Assembly: GCF_009914755.1 (NCBI RefSeq)
Contig: NC_060932.1
Length of the DNA: 64,000 nucleotides
Direction: 5' to 3' (one strand)
Origin: the human T2T-CHM13v2.0 reference genome, Homo sapiens
In this document: piece by piece, positions 45,201 through 64,000 of the stretch
Layout: the number at the start of each line of letters is the position of its first letter
Numbering within the stretch: the stretch's first letter is position 1
Position numbers and translations under genes: made by a program
Notes under the pieces: generated by a model
What the model was told of the DNA's origin: nothing
The model's database searches: none
The model's input: the letters and a program-made list of their open reading frames with translations, nothing else

Positions 45201-48069
45201 AACCAAAGAAAAGACAGTTTTATTTAACAGCTTAAAGTCATGGTTAAAGGCAAACTGGTCCTTGAGGAAGAAAGTCAGGACTACGAAGGTGACATGAGGA
45301 GTAACAAACCCAACTCCAAATTTCATGGAGTTTGCAGATTGCTACAGAGAAAATACTAATGCCCAGAAAATAGTCAAGATACTAATTAAAGGCAATGTTA
45401 AATTACTGGGATTCTTGTTATAAGAGCTCAGAGAAGAGCACAGAGAAGGCTAGCTTTAGCAGGAAAAGATTCCTAGAGGTGGGAGGTCAATTCTAGATGG
45501 GGTGAGAAAGAACACACTTCGAAGAGGAAGGTGACCGAGAGAATGATCACAGCGCACTTAGGAAACTTTGTGTCATCTGAGGTTTGTCTCAGGAATTTTT
45601 TTTTTTTGAGATATGTGATGATTTTGATCAAAAGGACAAACAGATATTTTAAGTTACAAAGCTTGTGTTTAAAAGCAGAGAAAATAGGACAGCTTATAAC
45701 TGCTGAAGCACTGTAATTTTAACTCAGGACAAAAGTACAATGGATTATTGCCTAAGAGTTAAATGGTAATTTGATCTTCAAATGTAAACTCCAATTGTCC
45801 TTCTAGCTAAGAATCTTCGCACCAGGGCACTGGGAGGCAAATTCAGTAATACCACATAAAACTGACATGTTTTAAAAAAGCCTAAATTGTGTTAGACCTA
45901 TCACCAGAGAGATGCATTAATTCTCATGATTTCAGCTAGTGGGGCCCTACTTGGCTGAACATTATTGGAATAAAGCCTACAGTCAGGTGTCAATGTCTTT
46001 GTCAGTCTCTCACTGACAGTTCTACAGATAACGACGAAAACAATGCAAATCAACCACAAAGGGAAATGGTTCCTCTGGTGGAAAAACACAAGATGCAAGG
46101 AAACAGATGTTAGTGAACTCAAATCACAGGCAAACAAAATCACAGAGAAGTCAGCCTCTGGGAGAGCTCAGCTTCTGAATAAGCAAAGGTACCACAGGGA
46201 AGGGTACTTCAGAAAAGAATGATTTGAATATCAAAGGATTCAAGAGAACCTGGAAAAATTAAAGATGCTCTCAACCATTCCGGCAGCGTTTTGCAAGAAA
46301 CAACTGTCTTTCTGAGAGTGAGAGGCTGATGTGGAGGCTGCCGGGTGGCACCGTTACTCAGTAGTGACAAAAGATACATGAAGACAACTTGATTCATTCT
46401 TTAAGAAGATATGTATGTAGTTGCATTTATGATCTGTATGTTCAATATTTATCTTACACATTTTAATTTTATTTTTCAATATAAAATCTTAACCTCTTCC
46501 TCCCTCTATTAATTTGCAAAATTCTGGTTCCCATTTTAAGTAGTCTTTTTCTGGTCACTTTTCCTGAATTAACTCTGACTTTCCTCAAGTTCCAGTTCCA
46601 CGTTCCAAGCTCATTGAAGCCCTGTTACTGCAAGCTCAACTAGTCCAACTCTAGGGTTGAAATCTTCTAATGCAAACTCTAATACCACCCTCCAAATTCT
46701 CCAGGTCTAAGACGGGTACCACCAATCCCCATTGACCTGGATTACCTGGTTCTCAGCTTTGATTCCCACATCCGGTGTTGACAATCTTCTATCATTCTCC
46801 AAGCCAGTCGATTCTTCCTCAGATATCCCTCATATCTAAGATGACCACAGCAGGCACCACTACCTCAAGACAGATCTCTTGGCGACTCACCCACCTTCTG
46901 CCTTCACTGTGCACGCCACACTTTACAAGCAACTCTTTGTAAAACACGGCCTTCAAAATATGATCAGCTAAGAACCTTCTGGAAGGCCATGGATCAACAC
47001 CAAGTTTCCTGTGTGGCACCTGAAACCTTTTATCCATCAACTGGTCCACCTTATCTCACCAACCTATCCTCTCATCAGTCCCAGATACCATCTCTCAGCT
47101 CCAGTGCAGCAGGTCTCTCTCTTCTCTCCCACACAAGCTGTCTCCATGCCTGCCTCAGGCATTTACTAACAGCACTTCCTCCGAGCCACCACCGTGTCCT
47201 CCTCTCAAGACTACACTTCTTTCAAGGCACAAGTCAACATGTTTCTTTGTCAAGATTTAACCTGTTACACATCCTGATGTTTTCTTACAATTGGAATCGT
47301 CTCTTTATTCATGAGTAGTCTATTTTAAATAAACATGCTGAGTAAATACGTAGAGAATATAAATCCTTAGATAAATGTTCATTTTTGTCTCCTTCCTAGA
47401 CTATATCCTCAAGGGCCTCAGTCACACATTTCCTATTAGAGGTAGAAGAATATAAGCCATAGATTCAACATGCAACAACTACAAGACCTCTGTTAAGGTA
47501 AACAGAGAAATAAACGATTCAACTACACGAATTAGTGTTCCATTTTATAATTCTACTATGTCAAACAGAATTAACAAACCTGATACAAAAACATCAAATA
47601 TATGGTAACACAAATAATATAACTCTTTTAGGCCTCTCTAAAGCTGGATAATTTGGTATTTTCATCACAAAAAGGAGACAACAAAGACTGCAATGCGAAA
47701 TTAGCCTGGGCTTTGAGTGTCTAATTTAGAATTCTTCCATTACCTCTAGTTTACCTTCTAGCCTGAAAGTTCCTGAATCATAAAGGATCTCTTTAGTTTC
47801 CTTCGTGATAAGTGTTCTCTGAAAACGCTCTGCACTAGGGTTCATCTAACTGGGGTCTGAAGCACCCTAAGGGTTCTGGGACACATTCTAGACCATGAGA
47901 GAATTGTTCCTTTAAAAGGGGTCCGCGCATTACTCAAGTTCAGAAACAATGCTGTGCATCATCACTTTACTGCCCAATAAGCTCCATTTTTCCAAGAAGA
48001 AATCTAACATGAAATCTGGCAAAAGCAAAGCAAAGCGAAAACGACAAGACGAGCGAATGTCATCATTTA

Positions 48070-48830
48070 AAGCGGCAGGCAGGGCCGGCTGGGTCCCGGG
48101 TGCAGCATCCCTGCTGCCCGGTCAAGCTCCGCCCATTCGAGGGGGGGATCCCGAGCGGTCACCCGAGGCGCGCGACCGCCAGGTGTCCCCTGCCAGGGGC
48201 TGGGGGAGCGCGCCGGCCGCCAGGGCTCACAGGGGTTGGTCCCGGGGCGCTCGGATGTGGCCGCGCGGCAGGGGAGGCGGGAACCGGTCCGCGGGGCTAA
48301 GCAGGCGGCTGTGGGGGCCTGGGGCAGAGAGGCTCGTCCGCGGCCCGCTCGCCGCGCCGCCGGCCCCCGCACTCCAACCCACTCGCCGGCCCCTTCGGCC
48401 GCCCGCCCTCCCCTCACCCACGCTCGGAAGGCAACCTCACCTGCTTGGCCGGCCGGGGACCCCGGGAGCGGGGGACCACCAGTGGGCAGCATCACGGCCA
48501 GCCGGCTTCCTGGAGGCCGCGCTCCTTTCCTGGAGCCGCACCCCCGCCCGGCCCCCGCCGGCAACACGTCACCGCCTGCGCCCGGAGCGCGCCCGCTGGC
48601 GGCGGGAGCGCGCACGCCGAGGGGCGCGTTGAGCGCTGGGGGGCGGAGCCTGATGCGGGATGATTGGCGTCCGAGCGCTGGGCTGTTCCGTGGACCCGCG
48701 CGGCCACGCCAGTGTGCTGTGCACGGGAAATGTGGACGTGGGAGCACGGAGGCACCCAGTACTGTGGCGTGGTGCTCGTCTGGTCGTCAGCGAGCCTCAG
48801 CGTACTTAGGACACCGCAGTTTATCTTTCC
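48070..48830. promoter_or_regulatory. CpG-island promoter of ENTPD4
   Basis: Very GC- and CpG-rich; GC box GGGCGG at 48641, CCAAT on minus at 48663-48667, TGACGTG on minus at 48565-48571; no obvious TATA. Confidence 0.93.
48441..48535 (-). other. ENTPD4: ENTPD4 non-coding exon 1 (5' end approximate)
   Basis: Minus-strand donor CAG|GTGAGG at 48441/48440 inside the CpG island; the exact TSS cannot be determined from sequence. Confidence 0.75.
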
Positions 48831-49911
48831 TTAGCGCTCCTAACGGTTATGGAAAATAGCGCTTGAAAACCTGGTAAGGACTAGGCATTGTTGCTCAACT
48901 CTTGACATTTACACCTTTGCCGGTAACTCTCCCTGTTTCACAGATGGGGAAACGGAGGCTCACACTTATTCAGTCTCTCTTGAGATCCACCTGATTCGTG
49001 AGAGGTAGAGCCAGGATTTCATTCTTGCCCGTCGATGGCATATGTTAGTGCCTATGTTGGGGGAGGCAGACTGCCCCAGCCCTCCCCAACACACGCAATG
49101 GTTATGAGAAGAAATAAAGCGAAGGGTGTTCCTGAGATTGACCCCATGACCTACACTTAGTACAAGGCTAAGCTCTCTTAGCTCTCTGGCTTAGCAATAA
49201 ACTGCTTTGAAGACACAGAACTTTGCACTTGAGAGCCGGAAGAGACCTTGGGAATCCCGGGTTCCATCCTTTCTTCCACCTTGTATACAGGTGAATGCAC
49301 TGTGGCCCAGAGATAGGAAGTGACCAGCAATCCAGCCACTTTAAAAGATTTTTAAAAACAAGAGCCCTAGAAACGTCTACTCCATTCCATTTATCAAGTA
49401 AAACAAGCATAGACAGAACTGGCAGTTCTACATCTTAACACAGAATCCTTCTTGGTCCAGCACCCGCCTGGGTCACCTCCTCTTCCTGGATTCAGCTACT
49501 GTTAACGGAAGAAACCATGAAGCCTCAGAAGGTTAGAGCCAAAGGGACTCTACTGTGTAGCCCCAATCACCTTCTTTTACAGTTAAGAGCCTGGAACCCA
49601 GAGAGGTTGAGTGACTTGGCCAAGACCCCCTGGAGGCAGAGGAGAGCAGAACCAATGTTTCAGACTCCCACATGACTTGCGCATCAGTGTCTTTTTTTTG
49701 ACAATCTGTTGCTATAAGAAATTACTCGTTTGGATAATTTTCACACTAGAAAACCCTGTGACCCAAGGCTAGCATTGAGAAGCTAAAGCTGGCCACTGAC
49801 ATACTGTGATTTTAAGGACAGTCTCCTTCGAAATTATCTGCCTTTCAAAATCTTTGCCATTGGAGACACTGGTTGGGGTTATGTTAGTCTTCCTTAAGGA
49901 GGGCTCTACTA

Positions 49912-50815
<904 letters not shown>

Positions 50816-51016
50816 GAGAGGACCATCCTGGTCTGGTTCATCAGGGAGAGCTTCTTTGAGGTAACGCTGTCTGAGGTCACACCTGCACAATGAATGGGAA
50901 TTTATTAGAATTCTGGGCCTATATGAAGGAATAGTATTTCAGTCAGTGGAAACAGCAAAGAGGCTCTGAAGGGGCCCATTCTCACTTGTTAACAAGAGAA
51001 ACAAAAACTGGAGCTA

Positions 51017-51381
<365 letters not shown>

Positions 51382-51399
51382 TTAGAAAACACGGCATAC

Positions 51400-52720
<1,321 letters not shown>

Positions 52721-53362
52721 TGGTTGTAAAATCAAAGTAACTCATTTTGTGCATGGGACTTTAAAAGTGTTAAATGAAATATTGAACAAATATGTGATAC
52801 CTGGAGATACATGACCATTTTGCAACCATGGGACAACAGTCATCCTGATAAGAGCCAACAATAAATACGATGGAACTGAAAGATAGAACTGTTTGGGTCC
52901 ATGATGGCATCATTAAACCGCTGAACTAGTACCAGTGACTGTGTCTACCCCCTGACTTCTTATTAGGAGAGAAAAATAAGCTCTTTATTTGTTTAAATTT
53001 CTTTTGGTTGGATATTCCATTACTTGTTGTTAGGTCTTTAAAAATATTTGTTGACTGGTTGGGTGACTTGCTCAAGGTTATAAAACTAAATGGGAGACAG
53101 GATGACTTAATGTAAAAAGTACCAAGCCGGGAGGCAGGAAACCTGAATCCTTATCCTCAATAGACTGTGTAAGCTTAGAAATTGTAGTTTGCCTTACTGG
53201 TCCTCACCATCCATATATAATTTGTAAAAGGAAAGGGGTTTGTGGAGATGGCTAAGCTGACCTTTAACGTTCTTTCCAGGTCTAAAATCTATGATTTCTA
53301 AGAGGCAAAAGAGAAGACTAGAAGTAAGATTTTCCCTTTCTCTCTTCTCCTTTCCCTCCCTG

Positions 53363-53760
53363 CTGTGGTCTGAATGTGCCGCCCAGTTTTCATGTGTTGA
53401 AACGTAATGACCAATGTGATTAGCATTAAGGGGTTCTGCCTCTCAGCATTAATTAAGTCATGAGGGTGGAGCCCTCATGGGTAGGATTAGAGACCTTATA
53501 AAAGGGCTTGAGGAAACGTGTTTACTCTCTTCTGCTCTTCTGCCCTGTAAGTACTTAGCACTCAACCCCTTTCTGTCTTTCCATACCTTCTGTCAGATGA
53601 GGATACCTATATAGCTCAATCTTTGAGGAACAGGTTTTTACCAGATAGAAAATGTGCTTTGGACTTCCCAGCCTCCAGAACTGTGAGAAAATATATTTCT
53701 GTCCTTTATAAATTATCCAGTCTGTGGTACTTTGTTATAGTGGCACAAATGAACTAAGAC
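53363..53760 (+). mobile_element. MLT1 LTR
   Basis: tgtggtctgaatgtg...ggacttcccagcctccagaactgtgagaaa...gaactaagaca. Confidence 0.75.
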
Positions 53761-53789
53761 AGTCTCTTCTTCTCCCTCTTTTTTTCCGT

Positions 53790-54454
<665 letters not shown>

Positions 54455-54911
54455 TTATCTTTCTAGAAAACCCTCTAACATGGCAATTGCTTGAAATTCT
54501 GCTCTCCAAATGTTTTAATCCATCATTCCAAGGAAGCTAAATTGGCTCACCTGTCCCTCCTGGCTGTGTGTGGGTGTTTGGGGAAGGTAACCATGCTAGA
54601 TGTCAGGAAACAAAGGAATCCTGCAGCGCTTGGAAATGGGGAGTTCTCTTACTCTTCCTTGGACCTGTTTGCTTTCCAAGACATTCATGCACAGACTATT
54701 TTTGAGTGGCTTGGCTAATAATCCTATATATTTACACAGCCTTTGTCTTCAGGAAATCATGTCACTTTACAGGCATGGTCTCATTTATGAGCCCAGCATT
54801 CCTAAGGCAAAGGGATTTTTATTTCATGGTGTTTTGTTGTGGAGAGAAAGAGAAAGTGACTTGTTCAAAGCAACATCAAAATCCAGGGTTTCCTCCAAAT
54901 TTTTTTAAAAA

Positions 54912-55217
<306 letters not shown>

Positions 55218-55613
55218 CTAAATCCTGGGTTTACTCCAAACTTTTCTCATCAAAGCAGAGTGATCAAACTGTACCATAAAGGAGTCACATGGGAGATGGG
55301 TAATTGAACACACAAACACATGCACACACACACACACACACAAAACACACACACACGTAGGCAGCAGACATAGTTGCTTTTGCTGCTCGGGCCCCATCAC
55401 TCTAGTTTTGGTAACAGTACCTCAGATTTCTGAAGGAATATACTCAGGTCATATTTGGTCCATTTGGGTCAGAAATTATGACCCTGGCCTGGTTAAGCAA
55501 GGTAATTTTGTCTCCTGATCATGATGACTGGCACGAGTCAATGTTGTTCTGATTAGATAAAAGCTCCATTTTTCAATATCAGCTTCATCTGTGATAAAGA
55601 TGATACTTTGGTT

Positions 55614-56064
55614 TGTAAACCCAGAAAATCAGAGACAAGTCTCAGTTAATTTAGAAAGTTTATTTTGCCAAGGTTGAGGATGTGCGCCCATGGCACAGCC
55701 TCAGGAAATCCTGACGCCATGTGCCCAAGGTGGCTGGGGCACCGCTTCATTTTATACATTTTAGGGAGACATGAGACATCAATCAATATATGTAAGACAT
55801 ACATTGGTTCCATCCAGAAAGGTGGGGACAACTCAAAGCAAGGAGGGGTCTTCCAGATCACTGGTAGGTGAGAGAAAAGGGGTTGCATTCTTTTGAGTTT
55901 CTGATAAGCCTTTCTAAAGGAGGCAATCAGAATATGCCTCTATGTCAGTGAGCAGAGGGATGACTTTGAGTAGAATGGGAGGCAGGTTTGCCCTGAGCAG
56001 TTTCCAGCTTGAATTTTCCCTTTGGCTTAGTGATTTTGGGGCCCCAAGATATTTTCCTTTCACA
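55614..56064 (-). mobile_element. MER4A-type ERV1 solo LTR
   Basis: Minus strand starts tgtgaaaggaaaatatcttggggccccaaaatcactaag; TG...CA ends; 4-bp TSD ggtt. Confidence 0.85.
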
Positions 56065-56367
56065 GGTTTTCATATAGTTTTTGTTTCATTTCTAAAATTA
56101 TTCAGACTTAAGCAGGAAGCAGTGGGTAGTTTATTGGACACCTTAAACCTCTCTCTGTTCCTTTCTCACACCAGATAACATACCATTCTTCCTCTCACCA
56201 TCCTTCCCTACTGCACCATCACCTTTAAGTTAAGGTTGAAATTCCTGAGCAAATCAACTGCAAATCGATGAGGTGACCAGATGTCATGGACAGGATGGCT
56301 TCACACTAGTCTCCTTGGCATGACACCCCAAGGCCATGGTTAAGTTGCTTTCAACTTTTAAGCCTGA

Positions 56368-56766
<399 letters not shown>

Positions 56767-57254
56767 TAGAAGCAGCTCTGTAGCTACCCCAGGAAAATGT
56801 AGCCCTATGGCCTTGACTGTAGAAGCCTCTGCTGTTGCCCAAGGCTGTGGGCTGGCCTGAGCAGCTGGGAGGATGAGTGGGGAGTGTGGGGCTTCAGGAC
56901 AGAGCTTGAGCCTTGATACTTGCCTGACTTTCAGTCTTACAGAAACCACAGTATTACAGACTTTTCCATGTTGTTGTTACAAAGATATATAGATTTAATA
57001 TATAGATTTAAAAATAAATGCAAAAAAGTAAAAATTAGAGGGGCTATAACATTTGATTTACTAGTTTATCTGAATTTATCATTTTAAACATCTTAAAACA
57101 TGGGTGTGTCCTCTTAGCCCTGACCCTCCAAATGTTTGTGGCAATCCCAGAGTGGAGAACGCAGAAGGAATGAATAAACCTCCTGGAAGAGGTGGCATGA
57201 GATGTGACTGAAGACACAAAGAGAACGATAAATGTGAAGAGGAGGAAGGATTCC

Positions 57255-57975
57255 TCTTTTGTTAAAAAAAATTGTGGTAAAATACACATAACATAAAATT
57301 TACCATCTTAAATTTATTTATTTATTTATTTATTTATTTAGAGACAGAGTCTCTGTCACCCAGGCTGGAGTACAGTGGTACAATAGTAGCTCACTGTAAC
57401 CTCAAACTCCTGGGCTCAAATGATCCTCATGCTCCAACCTCCCAAAGTGCTGGGATTACAGGCGTGAGCCACCGCACCCTGCCCATCTTGATCATTTTTA
57501 AGTGTACACTTCAGTAATGTTATGTGTATACATATTATTGTGCCACCAATCTCCAGAAGTTTTTCATCTTGCAAAACTGAAACTCTGTACCTGCTAAACG
57601 ACTCCCCATTCCTCTCTCTTCATCCCCCGGCAACCCTCAGTCTGCTTTCTGCCTATAAATTTGACTACTCTGGATACCTTATATATGTGGAACTCTACAG
57701 CATTGGTCTTTTTGTGACTGGCTTATTTCAATTAGCATAAAGTTCTCAAGGTTCATCTGTGTTGCAGCATGCGTTGGAATGTCTTTCCTCTTTAAGACCA
57801 AATAATATTCCACTGTATGGATATACTGCATTTTATTTACCTATTCATCTGTTGATGGACACTGGGTAGCCTCCACCTTTGAGTATTGTGAATAATGCCA
57901 CTATGAATATGGGTATACAAATGTGTCTTTGGGACTCTGCTTTTAATCCTTTGGATGTATACCCAGAAATGGGGA
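57255..57975 (-). mobile_element. L1M(A/B) 3' end with Alu monomer at 57312-57484
   Basis: aaaatacacataacataaaatttaccatctta...gatgtatacccagaaatggg. Confidence 0.75.
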
Positions 57976-58065
57976 ATGTCTTAGTCCATTTTGTGTTGCT
58001 CTAACAGAATACCACAAACTGGGTAATTTATAATGAAATTTAGATTTTAAAAGAAACAAATTTAT

Positions 58066-61116
<3,051 letters not shown>

Positions 61117-61749
61117 TGAGTGTAATAGGAACATTTCCCTATGCTTCTAGAGTAAAAACAATTATAATTTTTAATGTTTCCGTACCAGCAGAGAATCATA
61201 ATTTATTAAAGGTTTCATTTAGTTTGAATTTTGACTGTTTCCTTTGCTGTTTTTACTATTGTAGATAATATTATCATAAAAATTTGCATGCACATTTTTT
61301 AGAACCTTTGAAATTAAGTGCCTTAGAATGAATTCCCAAGAATGGAATTACTGCATTTGGGAGGTGTGGACAATTTTATGATTCAGTGTGTGTTTCTCAA
61401 GGGTTTGCCCTCTCTACAGAACATATTCACGGGATATGTTCTAGTTAACCATAAAAGGCACAGAGGCCATTTCCAAAGGCCCCTAGCTGAGATCTCTTTG
61501 AAGGGTCTGAAGACATTCATTGGAGCACTAGCGGCCATCTCCGTTAGGTGGAACAGAGTAGATCTTCTGGTTTCTGAGTAATAAAGTAGATTATTAACAG
61601 AAATGATGCCTTTCCTCTTAGGTCCTGAAGCAAAATCCAAAAATGTGGCCTACCATAATGCAAAGTCTCTGAGAGGCAGCATAGCTCCAGGCAGTTCGTG
61701 CTTTGATGTTAAATGAAACTGTGTGATCGTAAAGCCTAAGTGAGACCTC

Positions 61750-62255
61750 TATTAATAGCTTTGATTGCTTCTCTAACAAACTGTCACAAACTTAGTGGCT
61801 TAAAACAATGCAAGTTTATTACCCTACAGTTAGGTTGACATGGGCCTAAAAGGGTCTCACCAGCCACAAGGCTGCATACCCTTCTGGAGGCTGTAGCGGG
61901 AATCTGCTTCCTTGCCACTTCCAACTTCCAGAGACCACCCTTGCCACTTCCAAATTCCAGAGATCGTTGCTTGGTTGCTGTTTGGGCCTCTTCCTCCATC
62001 TTCACAGTCAGCAAAGGTCAACTCTCTCTTCCCAAAGCCTGGAAAGTCTCTCCGATGTTAAAGGACTCACGTGATTACATTGGGCTCACCTGGGTAATCC
62101 AAGCTAATCTCCCATTTCAAGGTCCTTAACCTTAATCAATCTGTAAAATCCCCTTTGTTATGTAAGGTAATGTATTATAGGATCCAAGGATTAGGTCAGG
62201 GACGTGCGTGGGAGTGAGAGAGGTGGAGAGAGGGATTATTTTGGCTACTACAAGA
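61750..62255 (-). mobile_element. MLT1 LTR
   Basis: cacaaacttagtggcttaaaacaa...gattacattgggctcacctgggtaatcc...tgtaaggtaa. Confidence 0.7.
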
Positions 62256-62299
62256 CCTAAAATGGGAATATATTTCTTTAATTAAAAATATATGCATCC

Positions 62300-62500
62300 T
62301 AAGAAAGACATAATAGACTTCGGGGACTCAGGGGGAAAGGATAGGAAGGGAGTAAGGGATAAAAGACTATAAATTGGGTTGAGTTAGACTGCTTGGGAGA
62401 TGGGTGCGTCAAAATTTCACAAATCACCACTAAAGAACTTACTCATTTTACCAAATAGCACCTATTCCCCCAAAACCTATAGAAATAAAAAATTAAAAAT
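62300..62500 (+). mobile_element. Short L1P 3'-end insertion
   Basis: ggggactcagggggaaagg...accactaaagaacttactc...aataaaaaattaaaaa; TSD-like atatatgca(t/c)cc. Confidence 0.7.
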
Positions 62501-63000
62501 GTATATATATGCACCCATGGAACATATAACATTATTTATCCACTTATATAACAAGTGACTAAATTGGGTGAGTCAAGTATTAAAATGAGCTCAGAGAACT
62601 CTTCATCCCCTGGAGGCATTCAGAGAAAGCTCTCTGGGATACCGTGCAGCCTGGCTGTCCATAACCTGTGACCCCAGGGCCAGGCCTGCCTCCCTTCTTC
62701 AAGCTCGGCACAACTGCCTGCTACTGTGGGAAGGTGGGGCTAGGGCAGAGGCATGACCTGGCATGGCGTCAGGCAGAGAGAGGGGATGAGAGTAGGAGCG
62801 AGGCCCTCAAGGTGGACCTGCTTAGAATGTCTCTGGTTCCTAGGCTCTGTGTGCAGAGCTTCCTTTTGCAAGGACATCTTCCTCCTTGGTGGGCCTCATC
62901 CATCCGCCTCCCCAGAGTATTGGATTTTTCTCGCCTAGATCTTGTATTTAGCAAAAGTTCCCCTAGAGAGGCTGCGTGATGAATGATCCTGCCACAGTTG

Positions 63001-63002
<2 letters not shown>

Positions 63003-63037
<35 letters not shown>

Positions 63038-63068
63038 TGTGTGTCTGTGTGTCTGTGTCTGTGTGTCT
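63003..63068. repeat. Compound (GT)n-(GTGTCT)n microsatellite
   Basis: Directly visible. Confidence 0.93.
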
Positions 63069-63393
63069 TGGAGTTGCAAGACTTGGTTAGCTGAGGCTTT
63101 TGTTTTTCACTTGTGACTAACATGAATGGAAGTGTAATACAAACAAGGATAAGGAGAGCATCTCTCCCAGAAGCCTGGAAGTTAAGGGTGTGGGTGGAGA
63201 GAAGCCACTGAGCTCCGGAATATGGAACTGAGCGCAACACAGGCAGCAAGTGGCTTTCTTTTGGGATGCTATGATGGGCTCTGACCTGGGATTCAGGACC
63301 CACTGCATTTGACTCTGAATCCCAGCTCTTCGCGAATCATGAACGCATGTTGGCACCAGATCCTCTTTGAGCCCTCCAGTGAAGCCTCGGACT

Positions 63394-63412
63394 CACCACT
63401 AGATGGCGTCCG
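63394..63412 (+). promoter_or_regulatory. CTCF-like motif in a small CpG-rich patch
   Basis: CCACTAGATGGCGTC matches the CCASYAGRKGGCR core. Confidence 0.65.
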
Positions 63413-64000
63413 AGCTCGCGCTCTCCACCGCGGGGCAGCAAGGCGGCAGGAAGCGGTCCAGAGGTGCCTCAGTGGCCAGGGACAGGGAGGTGACAAGAGT
63501 CGCCTCCATCAGACACGGCCACTCCCACCCCTGGTTTTGCCTGATTCCATTGGAGTATCCATCAAGACTAAACTAGAAAGTTTTTGCTTCTCCATTCCCT
63601 GGGTCCAATCCTAGGGAAAATGTGGTCCTTTTGTTTCTGGGGACTCCCAAAAGGAAACGTGCACCTTCTCCAGTAAAAACTAATTTGTTTTGTAATTTAT
63701 TTTGTTTATTTGTTTATAGGAAAAGGAGAGGCATACTAAATTGGGCTTGAGTTTTGGCTCTTACTTTCTAGGCAAAGTCCTCTCCGGGCCTCAATTTCTA
63801 GTTTATGAAATGAAACTAGAAATCCATCCCTGCCTCATGAAACTGCCTGAGTAAAATGCAGTAATGCTGTGTCATGTGTGTGGCACAGTTTCTGGCACTT
63901 AGTAGGCGCTTTATATCTTACTTCTATTCTAGGTGAATTGGAGCTCTATTTATTCACCTTTACATGTTCTTGTCTATCACAGCGCCTGACATCCTCCATG

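Noticed and set aside
47949-48859. Overlapping 200+ aa ORFs on both strands
   Set aside because: They lie in the CpG island, where stop codons are rare; low-complexity R/G/P/A content and no recognisable domain

Overview
Primate (human-like) genomic DNA. The window holds one complete protein-coding gene, ENTPD4 (LALP70/UDPase, NTPDase4), on the minus strand. It has 13 exons, running from a CpG-island promoter at ~48.1-48.8 kb to a long 3'UTR ending near 20.05 kb. I joined the 12 coding exons at GT-AG boundaries and obtained 1851 nt, i.e. 616 aa plus stop, with all five apyrase conserved regions and two terminal TM helices. Downstream of the gene (10.47-13.43 kb, + strand) is a multiply deleted HERV-K(HML-6)/HERVK3 provirus. 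It retains an RT stub fused to RNase H, an integrase with intact HHCC and DDE motifs, a deleted env and a complete LTR3, and is interrupted by an AluY. The flanks are dense in Alu, L1, MaLR/ERV1 LTR, MIR/L2 and DNA-transposon relics. I found no convincing wholly new biological system. The best leads are a splice-spanning uORF in the ENTPD4 leader, a possible in-frame alternative terminal exon 49 nt after exon 12, the unusual architecture of the provirus, a divergent-transcript splice donor at the promoter, and CTCF-like motifs at both window ends. Repeat subfamily names come from recalled consensus motifs, and their boundaries are approximate.
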